Source: Pseudogymnoascus verrucosus (Eukaryota). From it: 44,269 nucleotides of DNA. Every line of letters starts with the position of its first letter. Position 1 is the stretch's first letter. This document shows positions 10,707 through 21,365 of the stretch, in pieces. The position numbers and the translations under genes were made by a program. A model generated the notes under the pieces. That model was not told the DNA's origin and made no database searches. It saw nothing but the letters and a program-made list of their open reading frames with translations. The DNA lies in assembly GCA_001662655.1 (NCBI GenBank), contig KV460239.1; one strand, written 5' to 3'.

Positions 10707-13700
10707 ATGGGCTTCCTCAAACAGGTCTGGACTCTGACGGCGAAGAATCTGTTGATCGCTGTCAGGCGGCATCCCCTGCCGACGTCCATCCGGACGTTCA
10801 TCCTGCCCGTGGCTTTTATGATATTCCTGACCTATTCGCGCTTCCTCTTCGCCCAGCCAAACGTCTTTGGTATCGGACCTCCCCGCCCCATACGCTCCCT
10901 GGAAGATGGCATGGCAGCTGCGACCAATGGGAGGGATAAGGTCATATTTATCGACAATGGGCTCAATGGCGGCGACATTGATCGCGTCATTGATGCCGTC
11001 TCGGCTCCTATTATTGCGGCGGGGAGAAATGTCACTCGGCTCCCCGATGGAACGGATTTGGCCAAGATATGTCGGACGAGCTTCAGGGGCATTACTAAGT
11101 GCTATGGAGCCGTTGAGTTTGCCTCGTCGCCATCCGAGGGTCCGTATGGACGCTGGAACTACTCCCTACGGTTCGACGGCGCCCTTGGCAGTATTGTTAA
11201 CATGCAGCGCGGCGACAATGATCACCAGATCTATGCACTACCTCTGCAACGGGCAGTCGACTCAGCTATTGCGAGCGTGAACACGACTATTGACCACTCA
11301 AAGCTACCCAAGACTGTTATGGAGTACCCCTACACGACTATCACAGAGGAGGAGCGCAAGAAACTTCTCCGGACGAAGTTCCAACGGACTATCATTACCG
11401 CTCTTGGGATCGCATTTCTTCTGGCTATGGTCGGAGTCGTTTATCACCTCAGCGGCTTCATGGCCACGGAACGAGACATTGGTATGTCCCAACTGATCGA
11501 GGCCATGATGCCGAACGAGAAGCGCTGGCAGCCTCAGATTGCCAGGCTGTTGTCCTACCATCTATCCTTCACCATCATGTATGCCCCTGGCTGGTTTGTT
11601 ATGGGAGTTGTTCTCAGCTTTGGCTTGTTTACCGCCACCTCTGCGGAGATCACAATTTTATACCATATCCTCCTGGGACTTTCGCTCACATCATGGTCAT
11701 ACATGGGCGGGGCTTTCTTCAAGAGAGCTCAGCTCAGTGGGATCACCATTACCATCATCACTCTGGTGCTCGGGATTATAGCCCAAGCTTTCGGTTCAAA
11801 GACGGGCAGTGGAGGGATGGTTATGGTGCTAAGCGCCCTCTTTGCCCCCTGCAACTACGTCTGGTTCATGATGTATATCGCCCGCTTCGAAGAGCACGAA
11901 ATTCCAGCGAATCTGAACCAGAATGCGCCTGATCTGTGGAAAACAAAGGGTACATGGTTCTTCGTTTTTCTCTTCATACAGATATTTGCGTACGCTGCCA
12001 TTGGTGTGTTTGTGGAGCGATGGCTACATGGCACACAATCTAAGGGGCGCACTACTGTCAAGGAGAACATGGGGACTGGGCTCGCACAGCATACTGTCGA
12101 GCTATCGGAATTTACCAAGGAATATCCCGCGAAGTTTATGAGGCGGATGTTCCGTCGCTCTAAAGGTACTACGGTTATGGCAGTCAATGGACTGAGTCTT
12201 TCTGCTTCGAAGGGAGAGATTATGGTATTGCTTGGCGCCAATGGGTCGGGAAAGAGTACAACCTTGGATGCTATTGCTGGCATGAACCCAGTTACAAGCG
12301 GAACAATCACTGTTAATGGAACTGGTGGCATTGGAATATGTCCTCAGAAGAACGTTCTTTGGCCTGAGTTAACGGCGAGAGACCATATTCGCATCTTCAG
12401 CAATCTCAAATCGACCGGAGCTTCTCCCACCAAAGAAGAAAACGCAGAACTGATACGGAGTGTTGATCTGGACCGGAAGATAGACGCCAAATCCCATACT
12501 CTGAGCGGTGGTCAGAAGCGAAAACTGCAGCTCGGAATGATGTTGACGGGAGGGAGCGCGGTGTGCTGTGTGGACGAAGTCTCTAGTGGATTAGATCCGC
12601 TCAGTCGAAGGAAGATCTGGGATATCCTGCTTGCGGAGCGTGGAGCACGCACCATTATCTTGACAACTCATTTCTTGGACGAAGCTGATCTGCTAGCTGA
12701 TCGTATTGCGATTCTTTCCAAGGGAACGCTTCGTGCCGAAGGTTCATCTGTCGAGCTCAAAAACAAGCTCGGCGGTGGTTACCGTGTTCATCTCCATACC
12801 ACGTCCGTCGACAGGGAAGTGCCTGCCATTGATGGCATAACTGCAGTTAAACAGTTTGATCAGATTACATACAAAGCAGCCACCTCGAGCCAGGCAGCCC
12901 TTATCGTCAAGACGCTCGAGAGCCACGGTATCGAGGATTACGAGCTTTCAGGTCCCACTATCGAAGACGTATTTTTGCAGCTGGCAGACGAGATCCGCCA
13001 CGAATCCGAGACAATCGCTGGAGCTGCACCCCCGGCCACTGCTGCAACTGGTGCAAGTGATGTCCGCCTTGTGGGTGATAGAAACGAACCCGTACTTGCG
13101 ACGCCATCAAGTGATAACCAAAGTCTGGATCTGATGCAAGGGAGGCCAATAGGGCTTGTGAGGCAAGGTTGGGTCATGTTCCGAAAGCGCCTGACTCTCA
13201 TCCGCCGCAACTTTTTGCCTCCCCTGGCGGTCTTCTTCATTCCAATTATCTGTGCAAGCTTAGTTACACGGCTCGTTAAGGACCAGAAAACACCCACTTG
13301 CTCTCCTGTTACGGCGAAAGATGCGAAGTTTGAAACTATTTCGAACCAATATGTCTACGACCTCATCGTTGGCCCGTCGAGCAAATTTGTGGGTACAAGT
13401 GCTGCTGCATTCTTTGGGAAGCTATTCCAGGGGCTTCCTGAGGCTAGCCTCATTGCCAATTATATTACGGATGACAACTTGCACATCATGCCGACCTACT
13501 CCGATTTTAACAAGTACATTGATGTGAACCATCAGAACGTCACACCAGGAGGCTTTTGGCTGGGCAACGCTGACTCGGCGCCCACGATAACATATCAAGC
13601 ATCCCACTATTTATATAGCGCCATTTTCGCACAGAACATCTTGGGCTCGCTGATGAGCAATATCACGGTCACCACTCAGTTCAGAGACTTCGAGAGCCCA

Positions 13701-15596
13701 TGGCAGCCTGGCACTGGTAATTCGCTGCAGCTGGTTGTGTACTTCGGACTTGTCTGTGCTGCCGTCCCGGCTTTCTTCTCTCTATACCCTACTTTGGAGC
13801 GCCTGAGACACGTCAGAGGTCTTGAATACTCGAATGGAGTTCGCCCCGCGCCGCTGTGGTTCGCCTACCTCATCTTTGACTGGGTGGTTTTCCTCGTGTC
13901 CTTGTTGATTGTCACCGTTATCTTTGCTGCCCTAAGCAAGGTCTGGTATCACATCCCGTACCTGTTTGTCGTCCTCCTCTTTTACTCCCTAGCATCCATC
14001 CAGATGGCGTACATTGTTTCGCTATATGCCAGGGGTCAACTTGCATCATTTGCCATTGCGGCAGGCAGCCAAGCCATATTTTTCCTACTGTATCTGATTG
14101 CATTTATGTCTGTCAACACCTTCCTGCCTGTGGACAAGGTTGATAAAGCCGCTCTTGTCGTCCACTACACGATATCGCTTGTCACACCGATGGGAAGTCT
14201 TGTCAGAGCGCTATTTGTGTCGATGAACCTTTTCCAGACAACCTGCGTTGGGTTTGAACTCTCACCGAACCCGGGGAGCATGAATATGTACGGTGCGCCG
14301 ATCCTATACCTTGCAGTGCAGTCTGTCGTATTCTTCCTGTACCTGCTGTGGCATGACAGCGACTCCGTTGTTTCGCGAATCCGAGGATCGCGACAGAAGC
14401 TCCCAGAATCGGATGAGGTCGAATTAGACGACCGCGCAGATAAACTGTCTAGAGTTGATACCGGGAACAGTGATGGCCTGCGCGTGCGCCATCTCACGAA
14501 GTCCTTCAAGAAGTTCACAGCAGTTGAGAACCTGTCATTTGCCGTCGAAAGAGGCGAAGTATTTGCGCTCCTCGGACCAAACGGCGCAGGAAAATCAACA
14601 ACCATCTCTCTTATCCGCGGCGACATCCGGCCTTCCAAGAACGGCGGCAACATCTACGTCGACGACATCCTCATCAGCAAGCACCGCGCCAAGGCCCGCC
14701 TCCACCTCGGCGTCTGCCCTCAATTCGACGCCATCGACCAACTCACCGTTGCCGAACACCTCCGCTTCTACGCGCGCGTCCGCGGCGTCCCAGACATCGA
14801 ACATAATGTTGCCGCTATTACTACTGCAGTCGGTCTCGACGCCTTCTCCCACCGCATGGCCGCCAAGCTCTCTGGCGGCAACAAGCGCAAGCTCTCCCTC
14901 GGCATCGCGCTCATGGGTAACCCCTCTGTCCTCCTCCTCGACGAGCCTAGCTCGGGTATGGACGCTGCCGCAAAGCGTGTCATGTGGCGCACCCTTGCCA
15001 ATGTGTCGGCGGGCCGTGCTATCCTGCTTACGACGCATAGTATGGAGGAGGCGGGTGCGCTGGCGTCTCGCGCGGGTATCATGGCAAAGCGCATGCTTGC
15101 TCTTGGTACAACGGATCATCTGCGCCGCGCTCATGGTGACGCATATCACGTCCATCTCGTCACCACAACGGCGCCACATACGAGCCCAAGGGAGATGGCC
15201 GAGCTGCGCGATTGGGTAGTCAACGAATTTCCCGGCGCCAGCATCGAAGAGAAGACGTACCACGGACAACTGCGCTTCTCTGTGCCAACAGCATCCTTAA
15301 CATCCGATGCGGCATCCGGTGTTACCGATGAGATCGAAGGCGGTGGCGAGCCGGTGGGGAAGAAGGCTGCCAGCGGGATAGGGGCGCTGATCATGGCGTT
15401 GGAGGAGCGGAAGGCGGAGTTGGGGCTGGAGTATTACTCGGTTAGTCCGACGACACTGGATCAGGTTTTCTTGGCGATTGTGACGAAGAATAATGTGGAG
15501 GAGGAGAATTATGCAGCGCCGAAGAGGGGGCTGGGGATTTGGGAGAAGATACCCTGGGGGAAGAAGAAAGCTGTTGAGGGCAGCCCTGTAAAATAG
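10707..15596 (+). CDS. Full-size ABC transporter, ABCA subfamily (1629 aa, intronless)
   Basis: (TMD-NBD)x2 layout with large extracytoplasmic loops. Walker A GANGSGKST and GPNGAGKST; signatures LSGGQKRKL and LSGGNKRKL; Walker B regions CCVDEVSSGLD and LLLDEPSSGMD; TTH H-loops; C-terminal TTLDQVFL. Confidence 0.95.
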   Translation: MGFLKQVWTLTAKNLLIAVRRHPLPTSIRTFILPVAFMIFLTYSRFLFAQPNVFGIGPPRPIRSLEDGMAAATNGRDKVIFIDNGLNGGDIDRVIDAVSAPIIAAGRNVTRLPDGTDLAKICRTSFRGITKCYGAVEFASSPSEGPYGRWNYSLRFDGALGSIVNMQRGDNDHQIYALPLQRAVDSAIASVNTTIDHSKLPKTVMEYPYTTITEEERKKLLRTKFQRTIITALGIAFLLAMVGVVYHLSGFMATERDIGMSQLIEAMMPNEKRWQPQIARLLSYHLSFTIMYAPGWFVMGVVLSFGLFTATSAEITILYHILLGLSLTSWSYMGGAFFKRAQLSGITITIITLVLGIIAQAFGSKTGSGGMVMVLSALFAPCNYVWFMMYIARFEEHEIPANLNQNAPDLWKTKGTWFFVFLFIQIFAYAAIGVFVERWLHGTQSKGRTTVKENMGTGLAQHTVELSEFTKEYPAKFMRRMFRRSKGTTVMAVNGLSLSASKGEIMVLLGANGSGKSTTLDAIAGMNPVTSGTITVNGTGGIGICPQKNVLWPELTARDHIRIFSNLKSTGASPTKEENAELIRSVDLDRKIDAKSHTLSGGQKRKLQLGMMLTGGSAVCCVDEVSSGLDPLSRRKIWDILLAERGARTIILTTHFLDEADLLADRIAILSKGTLRAEGSSVELKNKLGGGYRVHLHTTSVDREVPAIDGITAVKQFDQITYKAATSSQAALIVKTLESHGIEDYELSGPTIEDVFLQLADEIRHESETIAGAAPPATAATGASDVRLVGDRNEPVLATPSSDNQSLDLMQGRPIGLVRQGWVMFRKRLTLIRRNFLPPLAVFFIPIICASLVTRLVKDQKTPTCSPVTAKDAKFETISNQYVYDLIVGPSSKFVGTSAAAFFGKLFQGLPEASLIANYITDDNLHIMPTYSDFNKYIDVNHQNVTPGGFWLGNADSAPTITYQASHYLYSAIFAQNILGSLMSNITVTTQFRDFESPWQPGTGNSLQLVVYFGLVCAAVPAFFSLYPTLERLRHVRGLEYSNGVRPAPLWFAYLIFDWVVFLVSLLIVTVIFAALSKVWYHIPYLFVVLLFYSLASIQMAYIVSLYARGQLASFAIAAGSQAIFFLLYLIAFMSVNTFLPVDKVDKAALVVHYTISLVTPMGSLVRALFVSMNLFQTTCVGFELSPNPGSMNMYGAPILYLAVQSVVFFLYLLWHDSDSVVSRIRGSRQKLPESDEVELDDRADKLSRVDTGNSDGLRVRHLTKSFKKFTAVENLSFAVERGEVFALLGPNGAGKSTTISLIRGDIRPSKNGGNIYVDDILISKHRAKARLHLGVCPQFDAIDQLTVAEHLRFYARVRGVPDIEHNVAAITTAVGLDAFSHRMAAKLSGGNKRKLSLGIALMGNPSVLLLDEPSSGMDAAAKRVMWRTLANVSAGRAILLTTHSMEEAGALASRAGIMAKRMLALGTTDHLRRAHGDAYHVHLVTTTAPHTSPREMAELRDWVVNEFPGASIEEKTYHGQLRFSVPTASLTSDAASGVTDEIEGGGEPVGKKAASGIGALIMALEERKAELGLEYYSVSPTTLDQVFLAIVTKNNVEEENYAAPKRGLGIWEKIPWGKKKAVEGSPVK

Positions 15597-15802
15597 TGGA
15601 TGCGTAGGAGGATATAGAGGTGGAGTTGGATATTAGGGTGGGGGATGTTACGCATCGGACTGTAAACAGATGTTTCATAGAGAATTCAAACAGTATAATC
15701 AGTATAAATTTCTTGTCATATCCGCATAGATAACAATTATACGATGCCGCCGGAATTGCCATATGCCATGAATAGCCAACACGTCTATCTCTATCGCAGC
15801 CA

Positions 15803-16293
15803 CTACTGTGGTGGTGGCTTAGGAAACCCGTTTTCAAACTGCGTAGCCCCATCCACGCAATTCACCCAGCTGGGCCTTCTCGAGGTAAACGACTCCACTT
15901 TAGGAGTCAGCTTCTCAAACGCATCGCCGTCTAAGACGCCCATCTTGACAACGACTATCTCCGTCCGCATCGGCGTCAGTGTCCACATTGTGGAGCCGCA
16001 GTTACTGCAGAAATTGACGTATGCAGGATTTCCACTGCCGCCCTTGGCCTCGAACACTTTCGCCTCCCCAGAGACGATAGTAAATGCAGACTTTTGGAAT
16101 ATCGCGTTTGTCGAATACGCAGACCCTGTCGACTTTCGACAGTTGTTGCAGTGGCAGAGACCCTGCGAGCCGTGGTAAGATTTAGGCACTTATATGTCGG
16201 CAGCACCTAAATACTCACTATTATGTCTGGCTCCCCTTGCATCTCAATCTTAATCGCGCTGCATTTGCAGCTTCCAGTGTACGTAGCTGCCAT
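15803..16293 (-). CDS. GFA/Mss4-like (CENP-V family) zinc-binding protein (144 aa, 2 exons)
   Basis: Exons 16293-16219 and 16162-15803. Motifs YTGSCKCSAI, LCHCNNCRKSTG and FCSNCGS. Confidence 0.9.
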
Positions 16294-17072
16294 GTCGAGG
16301 AAGGGTGGTTTAAAGGCAATTGATTACGGTTAAGGAAGATCAAAGGTAGCAAAGAAGGCCGATAGAGAAACAAAGGATGCCAATCCCCCAAAACATATAT
16401 ACATACATGGCGAAGCTAGTGCTTACAGACACTACTATAGCACGTGGACAAACCGCGGAGCTACCACTCGGTTATGAACGTGTGTTTAGAGACCCGCTAA
16501 TGGGAATTTTAGGAGCGGGTATGTCCGTCCCTTCCGTCCCTTCCGTCCCTTATGTCTGCTTCCCATACTACATGGATGTTCGTATAAACGAGTGTAAGAA
16601 CAAGAGCAAGGAGGGACAGTAAGCAGATAACGGAGTGCGTCACTCGATTGTACCTACCTGAAAGGTATGACCGAGCACACGACCAGATACTAGAGTGATA
16701 GGTTTCAGACCCGCTTTAAGGTTTATCACCAAGTAATTAGATCTAAAGTGCGGGGAATGTTGACTATCAGTACTATGACAGGTAGTTATAACAAGTCTGT
16801 AAATCCTTCAAGATTCAGATAACCAGGGATAGAACACTTGGCTTCCAATTTAAGAAAGTCTCAACTATCATTAATCGTTTGGAAATCATGATAAAAAAAA
16901 AGGATTAGATAATAACGGAGGTTTGTCGAAATATATAAGAAGCAGACTTGGCTACGCCATATCTAAGAACAATAGCAAAGTTGAAATTGCCAAAAGGTCT
17001 TCTCTCAAAGCAACACAGCTTAGCCACCCAACTTCCAATTATACCCAAGTCGTCACCATCAAGTCTAGCAAC

Positions 17073-17326
17073 ATGAAGCTCCTCTTTCCTACAGCCTTTG
17101 TATTCCTTGGCTTCACTATCGCACTCGCAGTGCTTGAGCCAGAAGCTGCTAGCAATCTTGTGAGTAGATAAAATTATTGAGGATTTGTAGTCCCCAGCTA
17201 ATGTCATTTCTAAAGATTAAGAAAGCCACGTGTAGGCCTGGAGGTGCTTACTGTGTTGCGAACTCTTTACGCTGCTCAAATGCTTGCATTGGTGCCACTA
17301 GACCAACTGGCGGATACTGTTCCTAG
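17073..17326 (+). CDS. Small secreted Cys-rich peptide precursor (65 aa, 2 exons), knottin/ICK-like
   Basis: Exon 17073-17159 encodes MKLLFPTAFVFLGFTIALAVLEPEAASNL (signal peptide). Intron 17160-17215 is GTGAGT..GCTAAT..AAG. Exon 17216-17326 encodes IKKATCRPGGAYCVANSLRCSNACIGATRPTGGYCS*. Confidence 0.75.
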
Positions 17327-17648
17327 GCAGAGCCAGGGGAAGAACAATATCTCATGTTTACAGGCTCATGGTTTCACGATTACAGAGGCTGCATTGTCTG
17401 TTGGTAGTTTGCTGCAGAATGGCACCGGGGGTGATTATATCAATCGTAGACCTATTATATTACTATCAAATCAAAACTATCTACGATTTCTAAACAAGAA
17501 GATGGCAAACCTGCATATAAGAACAGTACCCCCCTCCCAGCTCACAAAGTCTTTCTCTTTCCCTCCCTCCCAAATAGCGTCCCTTCCCGGTTGGTAGGTT
17601 ATTCCCTTCTATTGTACAGAGACCCATACTCTCATACCCAACAACCCA

Positions 17649-18311
17649 TCAGTTCATTATCACAGGAGTTCTTCCATTCCAAGTGTTCTTCTCAACAGCA
17701 TCCACCAGACATCCCGCCACACTAGCCCTAGAGATCCCTCCCAAGCCGGCGAAGACACCCAGTCCCTTCCCATTGTCCGTTCCATCGTCGCTAATATATC
17801 GAACTGGCGCCTTTTTGGACATAGTGAGTCTTGCTGGCCTCAACATCACAAAATCCAACCCGCTCTTCTTCAGTATCTCGTCGACCTGGTCGTGGTCTTT
17901 GAACGAATGCCCAAGGCTGGTGTGGGAAATTGCCCATCTCATGATGAAGGTGATGTTTGGGAAGGAAGACCCAACCCCAAAGGAGGCCATTGTCACAATT
18001 TTGGAAACCCCATGCCTCTTCATTGCGGGGATGAGGTTTTCGTGTGCATCGGCCATGATTCGAGATCCCTTTTCCATGGGAGACCCAAGAGTAACAATCA
18101 CGGCAGTTGGAGGGTCGCCTTGAACTGCGTTGAAAGCCTTTTCGATGTCCGAAGCCTCTGCTGGCGTTCCCTTCACGACATCCAGGCCTTTCTGGGCTGG
18201 AATTACAGTCGGGTTCCGAACCAAGGCTGTAACCGTGTGGCCGCGCTGCAATGCCTCATCAATGACGAGACGACCGGTTTGCCCACTGCCGCCAAGAAGA
18301 AGGATACGCAT
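17649..18311 (-). CDS. NAD(P)-binding Rossmann oxidoreductase (flavin reductase/BLVRB-like atypical SDR, 220 aa)
   Basis: N-terminal MRILLLGGSGQTGRLVIDEALQRGHTVTALVRNP, then SGLDFVMLRPARL and ISRASVA motifs. Confidence 0.9.
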   Translation of the reverse strand: MRILLLGGSGQTGRLVIDEALQRGHTVTALVRNPTVIPAQKGLDVVKGTPAEASDIEKAFNAVQGDPPTAVIVTLGSPMEKGSRIMADAHENLIPAMKRHGVSKIVTMASFGVGSSFPNITFIMRWAISHTSLGHSFKDHDQVDEILKKSGLDFVMLRPARLTMSKKAPVRYISDDGTDNGKGLGVFAGLGGISRASVAGCLVDAVEKNTWNGRTPVIMN

Positions 18312-18774
18312 ATTGAAGATTTTGTTGTATTGTTGTGTTGTTGTGTTGTCGTACGATACTGAGCGTTCCCAATTGGTATGTGGCGGTTTTGTTTAAGAAT
18401 GTGAGACAATGTTTTGCGTGAAACTTTGAACTTTGTTCGGAGAGGTAGATGATGAACTGGATATTTTGGAAACGATATATAACCGGCGAGAGCCCATCAG
18501 GTATATATAGCTGTGGAATAAACTTTATGGAGGGTGTCTGGCCTTCGGGCATAAACTAGCTCCCGTCGTAGAAACGCATTTCAACAGACACTTGTCATTA
18601 ATCTGTTCCTACAACGCGGCCCAGCTTCTACCTAGTCAATGATTGCTCAGCGCTCGTAAACTGACGCAAGCTTTGATTATCAATCTCTCTGTTACAGAAA
18701 CTTACTAAAAGACAGCATTTTCACTCCGTTGTTCTGTGGTAGTCGCTATTTTTGACGGGATATAAGACAGTTAC

Positions 18775-18870
18775 CACGTGATAAATTAATTGCCATTGGT
18801 CTAAGTCTACGAGCTCTCCGATTGGTGCACGTGATATACTGCTTGTCATTGGTCCAAATGTACGAGCTGT
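18775..18870. promoter_or_regulatory. Duplicated 43-bp module (CACGTG + ATTGG + TACGAG) in the divergent promoter between the reductase and the TF
   Basis: Copies at 18775-18817 and 18828-18870 are 34/43 identical. The CACGTGATA, CATTGGTC and TACGAGCT blocks are conserved in both. Confidence 0.5.
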
Positions 18871-19103
18871 CAGCATCTCACTGATTAATAAGATATCGCC
18901 ACAGCCATTTGTGCATAATAGGCGCAGCGCAGTTGGTGCTGACTTCCCTGCTGACTACACAAATAAGTCATGAGCCCAAAATATCTACAACTACATCACC
19001 TACGTAAGCATCTGATAAATGCTAGAATGTTAAGCAACTCCCGTGTCTGATTAGATATGAACTCCGAGGGGAATGCAAACAAGAATTCGCAGCAGGTTTA
19101 GCC

Positions 19104-20935
19104 ATGGATGGCGTTTCTATCACCAAGTTCTCCCGAACGGGGGCCCCTAAATCAAAGGGGGGTTGCGCCACGTGCAGGTATCCTGCCCCTTTCACCCTCG
19201 GGTTTGTTGGCATGCCGCGTCTAACAGGGATTGTAGAAATCGAAGGGTCAAATGCGACGAAGGAAAGCCATATTGTATCCGCTGTGTCAAAGCCAAGCGA
19301 ACGTGCGGTGGATATAACCCTGTAAAGGGGCGCTCGCGGCAGGACAACGGGCATACCGCCCCCCTTCAATACGCTCTAATAAAACCCAAGAAGCTACCAC
19401 TACTGCAAGCGGCAGCTAGCTCCCTTACACTGCGTGCACCCTCCTCTGCCTTCCTCGGAGAATCTGAGATTGAGAAGCGCTACTTCAGCTACTTCCAAGA
19501 GACGGCTACTACAGGCCTTGATGGCACCTGGGGCTGGTCTCTATGGAACTCGTTAATGCTGCAGAGTAGCCACCAAGAGCCGTTCGTCCGGCATTCTATC
19601 ATCGCTATCGGCGCCTTGTTAAAGTCGCATGAAGCAGCGTACCTAGCTGGCGTGGGTCCACGTTCCGTTGTCGTCCCGTATATAGCGAGACTGCACCGCA
19701 GCTTTGCGTTATCAAAGTATGACACGGCTGTTAAGTCGATGCGGAAAGCTATGAGTGTGGGGATGAGTAGTCCGCGCCAAACCTTACTTGGGTGCATCCT
19801 CGTCGTCTGCTTCGAGATGCTTATTGGGAATAGCTACCTTGCCATCAAGCATGCACATTCCGGGACTTCAATCCTTGAGCAATGGCGAACGCAAACGCTT
19901 ACGCCTATACAAGAAGAGCGCCCACTACTCTCTCCTGCCCCGTTGGTCGTTGAGGACGAAATTGTTGAGGCTTTCCGAAGCCTTAGCATCCAGATCACAA
20001 CATTGGGGAATGATAACGCTGCCATTTATACTAAGAAAACAGCGAACTACGACTGGGTCAATAGCACGGCGCCTCTAACATGCACCGACCTCCGTGAGAC
20101 ACATGTCTATCTCAACGAAATCGTCTGCCGTGTCTACCACTTCATTACCACGATCCCGATTCCCTCTGGATCCATTGTGTCCCCGAAGAAACTCGACTAC
20201 GAACCTCTTCAAGAAGACTCCTCAGTGATGACAAACATGGTCATCTATAGAACCGCATTTGAGGTCACCGAAAATGTCAGAGCTCAGCAAGGGCATCTTG
20301 CTCAAGAGATATCGAATTGGATGCGACTGTTTAAGCCACTTCTTGAAAGCCTATGTGTTAAGGAGAAGGCTAATGGGGCAACATTCAACTGCGCTTCTCA
20401 TGTGGCGGCAATGATGCATATTCAGGCCATCGCAACTATGATACTAACTGCGGGCGTGCTGGTCACGAACGAGATGGAGTATGATAAGTTTGATACTCTA
20501 TTCCTAGAACTCGTTGATCTAGCTACGCTCATTGTTAAACTGAGGCAACAAAGCAAGAAGGGTAATTCTTGGGTGGGAGGACCTTGGATTGATATTGGTC
20601 TTACGCCACAGCTCTTTGTGGTTGTGACACGATGTCGCGATCCAATTATACGACGAAGGGCGATAAAGTTATTGGAGGGGTGGTATATCGAAGGGTTCTG
20701 GGATCCGGCGTTAATTGCGCAGATTGGATTGTTTATTATGGAAGTGGAAGAGGAAGGTCTAGAGGAGGTGGACTTCGGATGGGGGAAGCAATCCATCATT
20801 CCGGAGTGGTCGAGGGCAGTAATATCACGGATTAGTGAGGACTCGCAGAAACGGACTGCATTGATACAGTGTGTACTTAAGAGCGGTGGAGCGGATGGGG
20901 GTCCGGTTTGGAGGGAGAAGTATGTGGAGTGGTGA
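19104..20935 (+). CDS. Zn2Cys6 fungal transcription factor (~590 aa, 2 exons)
   Basis: Exons 19104-19177 and 19237-20935. The spliced motif is GCATCRNRRVKCDEGKPYCIRCVKAKRTC, followed by a fungal TF C-terminal domain (RCRDPIIRRRAIKLL). Confidence 0.92.
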
Positions 20936-21365
20936 TCCTTGGCGTAGCATACATTCCAATCTTGGCAGTAATAATTTTTGAATATTTGAGAGGCTCTTAT
21001 GCAGAAAGAGGCTCTTATGCAGAAGTCGACGGCCCGGTGTCCACCGGAATAGATCCCCAACTTCCGTCGATTTGCGGCAGGGTTATTAAGTGCGGGGTGG
21101 ACATAATGCGGGGTGCGGAGAAATATAGATTGCTGTGGGGTAACAACCGCACTGGCAAAAGCTACGTTTCACTTAAACATAAATTATTTGGACAGGCTGA
21201 AAGCACAAAGTAGACACGTCTCCATACCCTCTCAAAATGTCGCTTTGCGGAGAATAAACACCATGGCCTCCCCCTCGAGGCACAAGCAGAATCGCAAAGG
21301 TCGATCCTTCATCAAACTCAGCAACATTTATACATTCCCGTGAGCCCATAAGCCACACCGCAAAC

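Noticed and set aside
14455..15269. Long alternative-frame and antisense ORFs within ABCA and other genes
   Set aside because: They are shadow ORFs expected from GC-rich codon usage of the real genes.
20989..21024. 18-bp direct duplication (similar small duplications near 6580-6600, 16523-16550 and 30184-30209)
   Set aside because: Adjacent slippage duplications with no intervening element; no support for function.
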